A model generated the notes under the pieces. That model made no database searches. It was not told the DNA's origin and was given only the letters and a program-made list of their open reading frames with translations. Position numbers and translations under genes: made by a program. From contig CDLV01000007.1 of assembly GCA_001244265.2 (NCBI GenBank), forward strand, positions 2,418,001 to 2,482,000: DNA of 64,000 bases, written 5' to 3'. This document shows positions 12,242 through 24,000 of this stretch, one piece after another. The stretch is from Microbotryum violaceum (taxonomy: Eukaryota). Numbering within the stretch: the stretch's first letter is position 1; every line of letters begins with the position of its first letter.

Positions 12242-13376
12242 TTACTCGGTATCCATCCCATCGAGCTCCGGCCCGGGCTTCTCTTTCGGTTCTGCTTCGG
12301 AGCGGTCTTTGATTTTGTTCTTTTTGTTCGGTTGGGTTGCTGCCACCCGAGACTCGGCGTACTTGGACTCGATGCTCTTCCGAACGAAAGCGAGCACGGC
12401 CTGGCAAGCCTTTTGGGCCACTTCTTGTGCTTCGAATAACTGTGCCGGCAAGGTGGGAATTGATCAGATTGACCTGCAGTGGCTTGCGCGCTGAACACAT
12501 ATCGCCAAAAAAAAAAAAAAAAAAAACTGACTTGATCTTCATCAAAGTTGCCTTTGGACTCGATCCCCGTGCATTCGCCGAGATCTTCGCCCACTCCGAC
12601 GCCGAACGAAAAGGCAAAGACGTGGGTCGAGGACGCGATCGATTCTTCCATCGGGGTCGGGTCCAGCCGCATCTCTTTGCTCGACTGTGTTGGGGTCTCA
12701 GTGGAGTGGTTTCCGAGGGGTAGGAACGCGACGGCTATGGAGAAGAGCATGCCTTTGAGGTTGATGCCCGCGTCGAGCAAGGCGCAGGTCGAGGCGTTGA
12801 TCAGGGCTGAGAGTTCGCTCGCTCCGACCAGAGTGGCTGAGGACGAGGATGAAGGGGAAGGTGCGGAGGGGTCGATGGTCGTTTGAAACGAGGTCGAGGG
12901 GGTGGACAGGGTTTGTAGAGTCAATTGGATCAAGGAGCGTGGGTACTGGTGCAGCTGGATCAGCGGTGAGAGCAACGAGCGCAGGATCGCCTCGTGTGAC
13001 TTGGAAGCGGGGCCTACGAGGGAATGAGTACATGAGTTGCGGGTGGTTTCTTGGTGATATGGGTGACTACTGACCTGGTAATGCGTTGCTCGGTCGTACA
13101 TGGATCTCGAGATAGGCTCGATCGACAAGCTCGTCGCGCAGCCGCACCTCGGTCGGCCCCGTGATGGAAGCGAGTGCAGACAGATCACCTGTTCAAAGTA
13201 TTCGAATGCTTGTTAGCTTGGGAAGACGCTACCGAGTGTGAGGGCGTTGACTCGCCGAAAGCGAAACGACTTGATCCATCGACTCGCGAGAGCGGCGACT
13301 GGCTCAACGACAGAGCGCGCAACGCATTGGACGATCGATCATGGCGGGAGAAGAGTGGAGAAATGTTGAATGCCAT
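12242..13376 (-). CDS. RRP46: RNA exosome core subunit Rrp46 (RNase PH fold)
   Basis: MAFNISPLFSRHDRSSNALRAL..LSRVDGSSRFAFG|DLSALASITGPTEVRLRDE.., LHQYPRSLIQLTLQ, ALINASTCALLDAGI, LDPT..EE, GNFDEDQ|LFEAQEVA. First intron is GC-AG (13189-13255). Confidence 0.9.
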
Positions 13377-13644
13377 GGGTCGAGGTTCGAGAGGGGCGCA
13401 GCGAGAAAAGGCGACTCGTCGATCCGGAAACAAGGACCGCGAGCGGTGTGGGGGGAGGGGGAGTTTAGGGGGTTTGCGAAGCTGCAGCTGCTGAGCGCTG
13501 AGCGCTGAGCCACGCGCGGGGGCGACGATTTGAAATCAGCCTAATGAGTGCCTAACAAGTCAGCTTGCATTTGATAATGGTAGGCGTGTGCCGGTTTCCT
13601 GGCCAACATGGCACTCGCTTCATCCGGTCGACCCAGTTGGAACC

Positions 13645-16106
13645 ATGTTCACTAACCAACGCCAACCGGCGCAACCTAGTTCGACCACTGCGGCTGATCT
13701 CGCACGCAAGGTTTTCCTCATCAAGTACAACCTGCAACTCGCCGTCGGCGCGATCGAGTGGCTGCAGGCGTTCCTCGACGAGTGCGAGATCGACGACGAG
13801 CCGACCATTCTCGATGTTTACGAGAGGCTTGTCGCAGGTATGCAGGGTGGAGGCAATGGCTTGGGTGAGTATCACCCCGTTCCCATCTGGAAGGCTAGGC
13901 TTTGGCATCTGTTGCGGGACAGAGTTGACGAAGGACTAAAGCGCTTTTGGCTTTTGACGCGTCGCGGCGCGTGCGACGTCATCGTCGAAACTAGCCCCTA
14001 AGCCGGCAGAGACTGATCGCCCCGGTCCATCCACACAGATGGGCCCTCCAAGGTCACACCAAGCTTACTGGAAGCCACTCGAGAAAAGTTGTCGGTCCAA
14101 GCCGATCAGCCCGTGCACGAGCATGGCCACCATCTCGAATCGAGCCACTACCTCAAGATCGTCGACGCGTTCGAAATGCCCGCCTGGAGGTGGGGCGAAG
14201 AGAGAAAAGGTTTTGAAAAGTGCGTGGGGGTTGTGGGGAAACATATCCTATCGCGGAGTGCCAGATCTGACCGGGTACGATCTTCCGACCTCGCACAGAT
14301 CCGAGAACTTGCCCTCGCTCACTCCCGGACCCAAAGCCAAGGCGCAGTACCTTCGCGATCGCTTCAATATCATCAAGCAGACCATCCTCCGCAACGACCA
14401 CTTTTCACCTCCTGCGATCGCCGGCATTCAACGTGCAGAGTACAACCAGCTCACTTCGATCAAGAACCTGCTTGGCAGGCAGGGAGGGCATTTTCTCATC
14501 TTTGGCCTTTTGACGAGAATGGAGGACGGCGCTTTCTACCTTGAGGATCTCGATGACAAAGTTGAATTGGATCTATCGGAGGCAGTAAGCCGGTCAATGA
14601 CCGTGGAAAGATCTGTTCGCCTTTGGACATGGGGCTGATCAAAGTATGCACTCCACGTCTTGCGCAGACGCCAGAAACTGGCCTCTTCACAGAAGGCTCG
14701 TTCGTTCTTCTTGACGGCGACTACACGTTGCAGTCGACGTTCAAGGTCAGCGAGATGGGGCATCCGCCTTGTGAACGTCGCGAGGAGGCCATGTGAGTGC
14801 GACCACTTGCTGATCACCCGAGGCCCGGCTCACACCCTCGATCGGCAACACTACACAGGAAGCTCTACGGCCACCATGATTTCCTTGGATTGGGCGCGAT
14901 TTCTAAAGAGGAGGAGGTCAGCCCGGCATCTGTCGGGATGTTTGCTATAGCCGCTCACGCCCGAGGTTTCTATCCATGCAGGCCGACTTTGTCAAATCGG
15001 AGCGCTCGCCTCAGCATGAAACATCCTTCATCGTTCTTTCGGATCTGCACCTCGACAACATCAAGATTATGAATGCTTTCAAGACCGTACTGGCTGCTTA
15101 CGAAGACATGGATGACGCCGACAAACCCAGCCTGTTCATTCTTTGCGGCAACTTCCGCAGTCGGCCTTTCTTGTTCGACGGCGAGGCAACAAGAGACTAC
15201 CAGGGTTCGTCGAGCTCGAATTCGACCTCGCTTATGACGATCCAAAAAAAAGGCTGATCACTTCCACAATACCGCAGACCTCTTCACAGATCTAGCAAAC
15301 GTGCTCGCTTCTTACCCCACCTTGATTGCCCATGCTCAATTCTTGCTCGTCCCGGGCCCGACCGACCCTTGGTCCTCGAACCTCTTGCCTCGACCAGCCC
15401 TACCCGAATCTTTGGTCAAGAGCTTGATTGCCAAAGTACCCAACATCACGTTCGGCAGCAACCCTTGTCGGGTGCGGTACTTCTCGCAAGAGATCGTCGT
15501 ATTCAGGGAAGATTTGATGGGAAGGATGATGAGGAACGCCGTTCGGCTCGGCGGTCCACGGAACGACGGGGATATGGCCAACTCGAGGAAAGCAGTGAGT
15601 TTTCAAAAGTGAACCCTTTGGTGATCGTTCGCCAGGAGCTGACAGCTGTGCGCACTTGGCAGCTGGTACAAACAATAATCGATCAAGCCCACCTTACACC
15701 GCTACCGCTCAACGTTCGGCCAGTGCTGTGGGACTATGACCATGCGATGCGCTTGTATCCGATGCCAACTACGGTCAGTTCATTTTATTGTTGTAGCTCC
15801 TTTCCGTATACTGCGCTGAGAAAGCTCATCGCCTTATTGCCCCACAATGTCGTTTTTTTTCTTCTACAGCTCATCCTGGCGGACAAGTTCGACCCTTACA
15901 AATTGGTGTACGAAGGCTGTCTGGCCTTCAACCCCGGGAGCTTCATGCGCCAACGCTTCACTTGGTCGACGTACCATCCCCATATGCCGAAGCCGACAGA
16001 CCGTATGGAGGAAAGGTATGTTTTGAAACGACTTGAAGTGCTCCGAGAAAGATCAATGTGGCTGATGTTCAGGCTTGATGTTCACAGTGAATTACCGCCA
16101 CCGTAA
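13645..16106 (+). CDS. DPB2: DNA polymerase epsilon subunit B
   Basis: LKIVDAFEMP, LRDRFNIIKQTILRND, YLEDLDDKVELDLS, GLFTEGSFVL, MGHPPCERR, LSDLHLD, FILCGNF, LVPGPTDPW..LLPRP, SNPCRVRYFSQEIVVFRED, QAHLTPLP...WDYDHAMRLYPMP, FNPGSF. Confidence 0.96.
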
Positions 16107-17028
16107 GCGTAATCTTGGTTCGTTTGCGTAGTCCTTGTTAGATCGGAGTCGTGTTGTACTGTCATTTGAAATGGCTTGGCCCCATCTCATCGATTGTGGT
16201 GGGCCACTCACTGGGCGCGCCTACATGAGTGCGGACGGGCTGCCGAGTGACGTCTCGCACGCGCGCCAAGCAGAACGAGTCGCGTCGCGCGTCGAGGTCG
16301 AGCGCCGACGGACCGAATGGATGGCTTAGCTGCAACCTATTCACTGGATGAGGATGATGACTCGTCGATAGGAGCTCGATACTGGAACAACTCCTCGACC
16401 GTTCGCGCCACAGACTCGCCCTTCTCTCGTCTGTCTACCCATCGGGTGCGACATCGACGTGACTGACTACCTATTACCCAGGCCGGTCGATCAATCCGAT
16501 TGATCAATCACGCGCCTGCCCCCGCCTTTATCACTGCCTTCACGGAGCTGGCAAACGACAGCTGTGCCTTCACCCCGGTGCTTCCGGTCGCAACGGGCCG
16601 GCCTTGGACGACGAGCAAGAGCGCTCATTCGCATTCAGTCGTACCCGGCTCTACGTTTCGCAGTGATCAGCCTATCATCTAACCAAGACATCATACACGC
16701 TCTGCGCGAGCGAGCGAGCATCGGATATAGGTCAGGGGCCGCACTGTCCGCGTGCTCTGTCTCTGTTGGTGAGTTCGCCTTTCCAGACCACCTCGGTGTC
16801 ACTTCGTTCCAGTCGAGACGGCTCAACCTTCCTTTTACCCTAAACCCAAACACTGCGCTAAGAAGTAGACACACGAACTCGTCCAACCTTGAGCTCGTTC
16901 GGAAGAAGGCTGCCACGTCTCTGCTCGGACGAATCGACCCCGAACCCGCCTTTCGTTTGATCAGCACCAGTACCGACACCACATCATCACCCTCAAAACA
17001 CGCGTTTTGACTTGACAGGAGTTACGTA

Positions 17029-20000
17029 ATGTCGAGCCTCAGCATGCAAGACGCCCGGAGAGCAGGGACCAACGGTGTGTCGAACGGATCCAAGGTCCGA
17101 GACGTTTCCCCGAGTCGGCGGCGGCGTGAATCTTCTGCCTCAATATCGATATCCCGGCGTCTGACGGGCAAGACGCTCTCGACACGGAGGGTCAACTATA
17201 TTCTTGCGCGGGTCGTTGCCGCGCTCGTCGTCGTGCTGCTCCTTTACTGGATCTTCGCCGATCGGCAACCCCTAAACAAGTCCGAGACACTCAAGACGAA
17301 ATGGTGGGAATCAGACAGTCCAGGTGAGCGCCGCTTTGCAAGTTGACATTGGGAGAAGAAGCACGACACTCATGTATCATCCCTTCGGGACCGGGACCCA
17401 ACCCACGAATAGCGGACCGGAATCGATTGTTGCCGAAACCTGCGATGCTGCCAAAGCCACCGCGGCCAAAGCCCGTACCCGAAATGTCGCACTCGCTCGC
17501 CCAAATCACACGGATGTCATCGACGTTCAAAGCTATCTCCCCTCCAGACTGGACCGCGGTCGTACACATCTCGACCGCTGCCCAATACCCGTTACTGTCG
17601 ACCCTGGTACCCTCACTCCTCCGGCAGGCTGTAGCACCGAATCGCATCATCATATTCGCTGTCAAGGGCTTGACACCACCGATAAAGACGTTTGGTCCGG
17701 CCGTGTCGGTGCAAGCATATCCACCCGGGCGCCCACCGGTCGTCGCACTCCTTGAAGCGGTAGTGCCCACCACAACGACCGAGTTCATCCTCTTTGTCGA
17801 TGGCCACCTCGACACAATCGACACGAACTACGTTGCGCGCTTGTTGCATGCCTCGGGCACCAAAGAGTATAGAGCGTCACTACTAGCATCCGGTGGGCTT
17901 GTGTTGCCGACTTCGCTCGATGCACCCCCGACGCAGTGTCATGGCGCTGGTTCCACTTCAGGCCGCGACGTCGACGAGCAGCTGCACCATCAACGATCAA
18001 AGCGCATCCACATCCCTACGACTCCGTTCCTCGTCCAAACCAGCTGGATGAAGGCGATCTCGAACGGCATTCGAACCGACATGGAGATCGAGGCTGCGAT
18101 TCCCCTTGGGCTATGGACGAAAGCGGGCATTCCGGCTTATGCGCTGCCCGTCCCATTCGTGCCCCAGCTCGCCAGCTCAACGTTCGGATGTGAACGCCTC
18201 AAGCGCGCGCTTCAGGACGTCGGCACCGATCGCCGAATCGGTCCCTTATTCCGAGCCGAAGCTGCGGGAGGTGGTGGACTAGGGTTCGCCTCGAGCCAAG
18301 CGTACGGGTCGAGGGCAATCGATGACCCCTTCGTCGCGGGCAAGAAATTCGCGCGCGATCTCGGTGCGATCGTCATCCTCCTGAGCAGGGAAGAGGAGCT
18401 CGCGGACGCGAGCGTGTTGGCGTGTGGCTTGGCGCAAGAAAATGATGTCCGAGTTTACGTCGCCGACTTGCCGAGGGGGAAACGGTCGGGCGGGAGAAGA
18501 ATCCTCTTCGACGACGCCGATACGGGTGCGCATTGTCATATGAACGTGCGTCCCCTTGGGTCGGGCAAGGAAGGCGACTCGGTGTCGCTGGCCGTACTGG
18601 ACGAGCTGGACAACGTGGGCCGCGTTGCCGTCGCCATCTATCTGGCGGATGGTCATCGGGGACGCGAGTTCGAAGAGGTACTGAAGTGGAACCGGGGTAT
18701 TCTGGGCAAGGGAAGAGGGGGAAGGCGACGGACCAAGAAGGAGATGGAAGCTGAGAGCGCGACTGTCATCATCTCCCTGGACAAGCACGAGATGCAGGTC
18801 GCCGATTGGATTGCTGCCCTTCCTTTGGATGCCTTGAGACGTGAGTCAGATGAAATTTTGCTGGGCGATGCTTTGAGATGATTTGGGTTGCTGACAGCGG
18901 GTTGAACCCTACAGATTGGCACACACCGAGAATAGACATCTCTGTCGTCACGAACAACCGTCCGGCATCGCTGCATCGCCTCTTGTCGTCGCTGCAGAAA
19001 GCTCACTACTTTGGCGACGAGGTGCCTCTTTACCTCAACTTGGAACAGACCGCGGATTCCGTCACGCAGAGGCTCGCGAGCGACCTCGACTGGCCTTATG
19101 GCCCCGTCACGGTTCGCCATCGCATCGTTCTAGGAGGGCTGATGCCGTCCATCGTTGAAAGCTGGTACCCGGCCTCGAACGACACGTATGGCGTGTTCCT
19201 CGAGGACGACGTCGAGGTATCGCCGATGTTCTACGGATGGCTCAAGATGGCGATCCTGTACTACCGCTATTCCATGGCCATGCGCGATCGATCGACGCGC
19301 CTCTTTGGTGTGAGCCTTTACCAGCAAAAGTTTTTTGAGCTGCGTCCAGAAGGTCGACAACCGTTTGATGCGCATGTCCTGTTCGAGTCGCTTGCGCTGG
19401 ATCCGACGCTGCCCTACTTGTCGCAGATCCCGTGCAGTTGGGGTGCGGCCTACTTCCCCGAGGTGTGGCGGGAGTTCCATCTCTACCTCGCGCTCCGACT
19501 CTCTGAAATGGCGATACCGATCGCAGATCAAATCGTCCCCGAGATTCGATCCAACAAGTGGCCGCAAAGCTGGAAAAAGTACTTCATCGAGCTCATTTAT
19601 CTACGAGGCTACGTCATGCTCTACCCCAACTACGCCAACTACTCATCGATGTCGACCAACCACGTCGAGAAAGGGACCCACATCAAAGACGCCGTTGTGT
19701 CGAAAACGCGAGCGCAGTACGAAGTTCCGTTGATGACGCGCCAGGAGTCGCTGCTCGCTCTACCCTCGGGACGTTTGCCGTCGTACGAAACGCTTCCCAT
19801 CATCGACTTGTGGGGGATGCTCGCCACTGATGATGACATCATCGAGCGAGGTTGGCAATCGGCAGCCCTTCTTGACTCTTGCCCCGTTCCTTTCCGACTG
19901 GACGTACATCCAAATTACAACGCGCGGGAACTTTTGTGCGCCAAGGACTACGAGCGGGTCGAGCGATACGTCAATGCGCAACCCTTGGCAGGCAGTATAA

Positions 20001-20632
20001 AGGATATCCAACAGCGGCGGGAGAAGGAGGCTCAACAAATCCTGCGTGATCGCGAGGCTCAAGCCAATGCCCGAATTACAGCGGCTCTCGCTAAGGCGGA
20101 AGCAGCCGCGCAAGGCGACATGCGAGAACGGCCCATGATGGCTCCTCATCCAGACCATGGGTCCGAGTATGCAGACGGTCCACGAGCAGCCGTTCTGCGA
20201 CAACCTGGAGAAACGGTCGAGGCGCATCGTGAGGAGCTAGAAGAGCTCGCTCGAGCCGCGAACGCCGCAGAGCATCATCAAACGCCTCACGTTCCTGAGA
20301 AATATACTCCTCGTCAACCACCCTTGGTGGAACAAGGCGAGAATGATGATGACGCAGATGTCGTTGATCTCGACTTGTCAGAGCAGGAGGAAGCGTTGCC
20401 GTTGGACCTCGATGCGGATTCGGAAGGCGAGGTCATATCCGACAGCTTTGAGTCGCCCCGATCTCGAGCAAAGGTTCAAGAGATGGAAGAATATCAGGAT
20501 GGTGCCGACGGCTCTGACGGGGTAGACGACGCCGGTGGTGCGGAAGAAGAAGTAGGCGGGCGTTCCATCCCAAAGGACCGTCCAGAAGCACTGGGGTGGG
20601 AAATGGAAGGAGAAGCGGCCGATCAAGAGTAG
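17029..20632 (+). CDS. Type II membrane GT-A fold glycosyltransferase (GT2-like family shared by plants and non-yeast fungi)
   Basis: N-terminal TM (VVAALVVVLLLYWIF). C-terminal domain ISVVTNNRPASLHRLLSSL, GGLMPSIVESWYP, FLEDDVEVSP, QIPCSWGAAYFP..WREF, SWKKYFIELIYLRGY.MLYPN, STNHVEKGTH, followed by an acidic tail. Introns near 17323 and 18841-18914. Confidence 0.8.
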
Positions 20633-21010
20633 TGATTAACATTCTTGGGAGTTCCCAAACTCAATTCGGCTCATACAAGTGCAGCACCTTCGCAAGGTCA
20701 GGTTGGAATGTTTCATAGTAGGTTGTCTAGGGCAGCGCCATACCATCAGAATCTGTCGGCTGTTTTGGCCAGTCTTTTTTTTTTTTGTTATCATCGTAAT
20801 TATTGGATCATTTACTGCCGCGTCCCTCTCGTCGCTTATGACCCGACATCGGTGGGAACCTCGCTCGACCTTGAGGGCGAAGTCCCAATCCAGTGTGTGC
20901 TGCGGGTCACGGCAAAGCATTGTTCCGAACCTCAATTTCGAAGCAGAGTCTCTAGCCAAAAACCCACACAAGCATACCAAGCAGATCTTAAACCTGTTCC
21001 TGCACCAGAG

Positions 21011-24000
21011 CTACACCAGTTTCCCCACGAGCTGCGCGCCGGTTTTCTCCAAATCGATCAATTTTTCACCCATTGCCTTCATGCGGACTAGCGTAGACTC
21101 ATGAAATCGTTCCGCAGCGTGAGCAATACGATGCCTATCCAATATACGGGAATTTATTATTCAGCTGGGGTAACATCTCGAAGCCTGGGTAGGCGCTCAC
21201 GTGTTCTGCATAATAGGCATTGAGCATGCCCATCCCTTGACCCTGATAGCCTCTTGCGCGGCAGTCAATCGCTCTAGCTGGAACTCGCAGCGACTCTCAT
21301 GGGTAGTGAGAATAATCTGGGTACATTTTTAAAACTCTTCAGCTTCAGTCAACCAATTCTCGAACGCGTCTGCAGCGCACCTACCTCGACGATGCCGTGA
21401 AGTTGACTTCGGATACCGGAAGATCGATCTTGATCGGCGAATGCCGACTTGAAGTTCATTTTAGCGGTGGTAGCGGGCTCGCGTCGAATCTTTTTGGATC
21501 TTCGCTCCTTGGTGATCTCAGATAGGGGACTGCTAGGATCGGGAGGAGCACTCGATGCTCGGTTGTTTCGGCCTGCAGACTGTGGGCCAGCTTTGCTCTT
21601 GCGCTTCGAAGAGACCATAGGCTTGCTGCTTTGAGCCATGGCCTTCTTGGTACGTTGATCAGAAATCTTGCTACGGCTCAAGATACCCGTATTCGAAAAG
21701 AACGGGTCGTGCGAAGGAGCTTTCCATGTCCTCGATAGACCACGGTTGCGACCGGGTTCCGATTGCGCAGCTGCGTCACGCTGAGCAGAGCTGGGGAGGT
21801 CGACTCGAGCGGGTCCAAAGCGAACTTGCGGAAGTGCCGGCGCCACCGTTACTGTGATTAGAGTAGATGATCATACCCGTATTAGACTCGTATCTCCTGA
21901 AAACAACGAAGAGGTCTTATGCCAACTCACGAGGTGAAAGGGCGCGATGCCGGATCTGCTCATCGTTTGGTTGTCCAGACAGCGCGAACTCTTCGGCTCC
22001 GTGTAATGATTCGGTGCGGTCGTCCCTTTCCGTGGGAGCGTCTGGAATCTCCACCTTTGCTTTGGCTTTTTCGTTGTCCGTCGAATCAATGATATCTGTA
22101 AGCTTACCATCGTCAATGTCCTGTTCCATCGCTGCCTCCTCTTCGGCATTGTAGAACATGTCATCACGTTGCGTGTGCTGAGGAGTCTGGCCGAGCACGT
22201 GATCCCCCAGCCTCAGTGGTGGGGGTGAAGGTGATCCAACGGAGTGGCTCAAGCTTTTGTCATCATCTTGATCGGAGACTTCAGGAAGCACACGCTCAAG
22301 ATTTGACTTTGTCGAATGCGCTTTGTCGGGTGGAAGCTGTGCATAGGGCTCTTCTGCTCGAGTCTCAGCCGTCTCGCGTCCCTTGGAGAATGCACGTTCG
22401 GCCCCAGAAGTGTCTTCGGCGAGAGCGTTGGCAACAAAGCGGGTATCGAGGGCTGGGTCGAGCATCGTCGATTCTGTAGAGCGCGCACGAGCAACACGGA
22501 CGGCTTGCGGACCACCAGTGGCTCCCTTGACGTGGGTGACTGCGGTAATCTCGGTCGCGGGTGCATGAGGCGGGGGATCCGTTGAGAAGTCGTGCTCCAT
22601 GCCCCCCATGCCATCGCTCTCGGAATGTTCCACTACATGTGTTCCTTTGGTGTCGTGTACCGGAGATTTGGAGGCGAAAACCCTTCCTTCGTCCTGCGGA
22701 CCGACCTTCATTCTCTTGCTACGTCGAAGACTGGCCTTCTTCGTACTACTCGCGACGGCAGGTGAAGGTGCCTTGCGTTTCGAAGGTACTACGGCGGTTA
22801 CGAACTTATTCTTCTTCTTCGGACCAGTTTTCCCCGGAGATGGAAGCTGCATCCCCTTCAGCTGTTTAGCTTTGATAGGCTGACGATTGTTGAGCGGGGC
22901 CTCATCGTAATCGGTCGTTTCGCTACAGAATTGTTGAACTCGATGAGTAAGCCCCAAGATGATAGACTGCTCGGCGAGGCCTACTTACTCGTCTTCCGTA
23001 GAATCTTTACTCTCCTCAGAGTCATTTATGACCTGCTTCCTCTTCTTTGTTCTTCCTTTTTCGACTTTCTTCCCCTCTTTGGCCATCTTTTGCTTCGGTT
23101 GATCATGAGAAGGGCTTTGGACTCGCACGAGCTTGCGCGACGCCTTGGTAGCCACTGTCTTCGAAGTAGCTGGAGAATCGACCTTGAGAGTCGGAGTGTC
23201 CTTCGGAGTGTCCTTCGGAGTGTCCTTCGGAGCGTCTGCATCGTCACTGTCCTCAGCAATATCCGTGAGCGAGGACCTCCTTTCCTCTTCTTCGATGGGT
23301 ACCTCGACCCCGGCTTTGTTCTGATTCTTGCCCATCAGCTTGCGATCGCTCGATCGAGTGGTGCGCTTGCTCTCCTGAGTGTCTTTCGTCTTCGAGTGCT
23401 CCTGGATTACGGTGACTGGAATAGGCTGGGGCTCGGGCTCGACGGATCCTGGACTTGAAGCGTGAGATTTCATTCTAGGGGCGTTAATTGAGGCATCCGT
23501 CCTGTCTTCGCCCTCTTCCGTCGATACCACCTGACTGTCTTCCTCTACAGGACCGGGATCTTCCACTGGACCACCCGCCTCGACCTCGATTGGAGCTTGT
23601 GCTTTCGCGAGTGCTGATTCTGAGGCACGTTTATGAACGTCGTGAAAGTCTTGAAAGTCTTGAAAGGGGACGAGGAATGAGGAGCTATTGTTCGAAGCTT
23701 CGAGTCCGGTCTGCGGCAAGTCCGCCATCTCCCGAACTTCTTCAGCACGTGCTTGCGACTGCACCTTGCGTGAATCGAATGACTCGATGGGATCGCTTTC
23801 CTCTGCTTTCGAGTCGAGTCCAGGGTTTCCGACTGGACCATCGGCTTCGATCGAGTCACCCCTGCCCATAGGGGCTTCGATCGCAACCGTCCTTGCGCGT
23901 GGCCTGCGAGAGGATCGAACGCCTTGGGGCCTATCGATCGAATTGGGGATCAAAGCGGTGCTGAAGGTCGGATAGCGCCTGCCTCGATCCGCGAAAGTGC

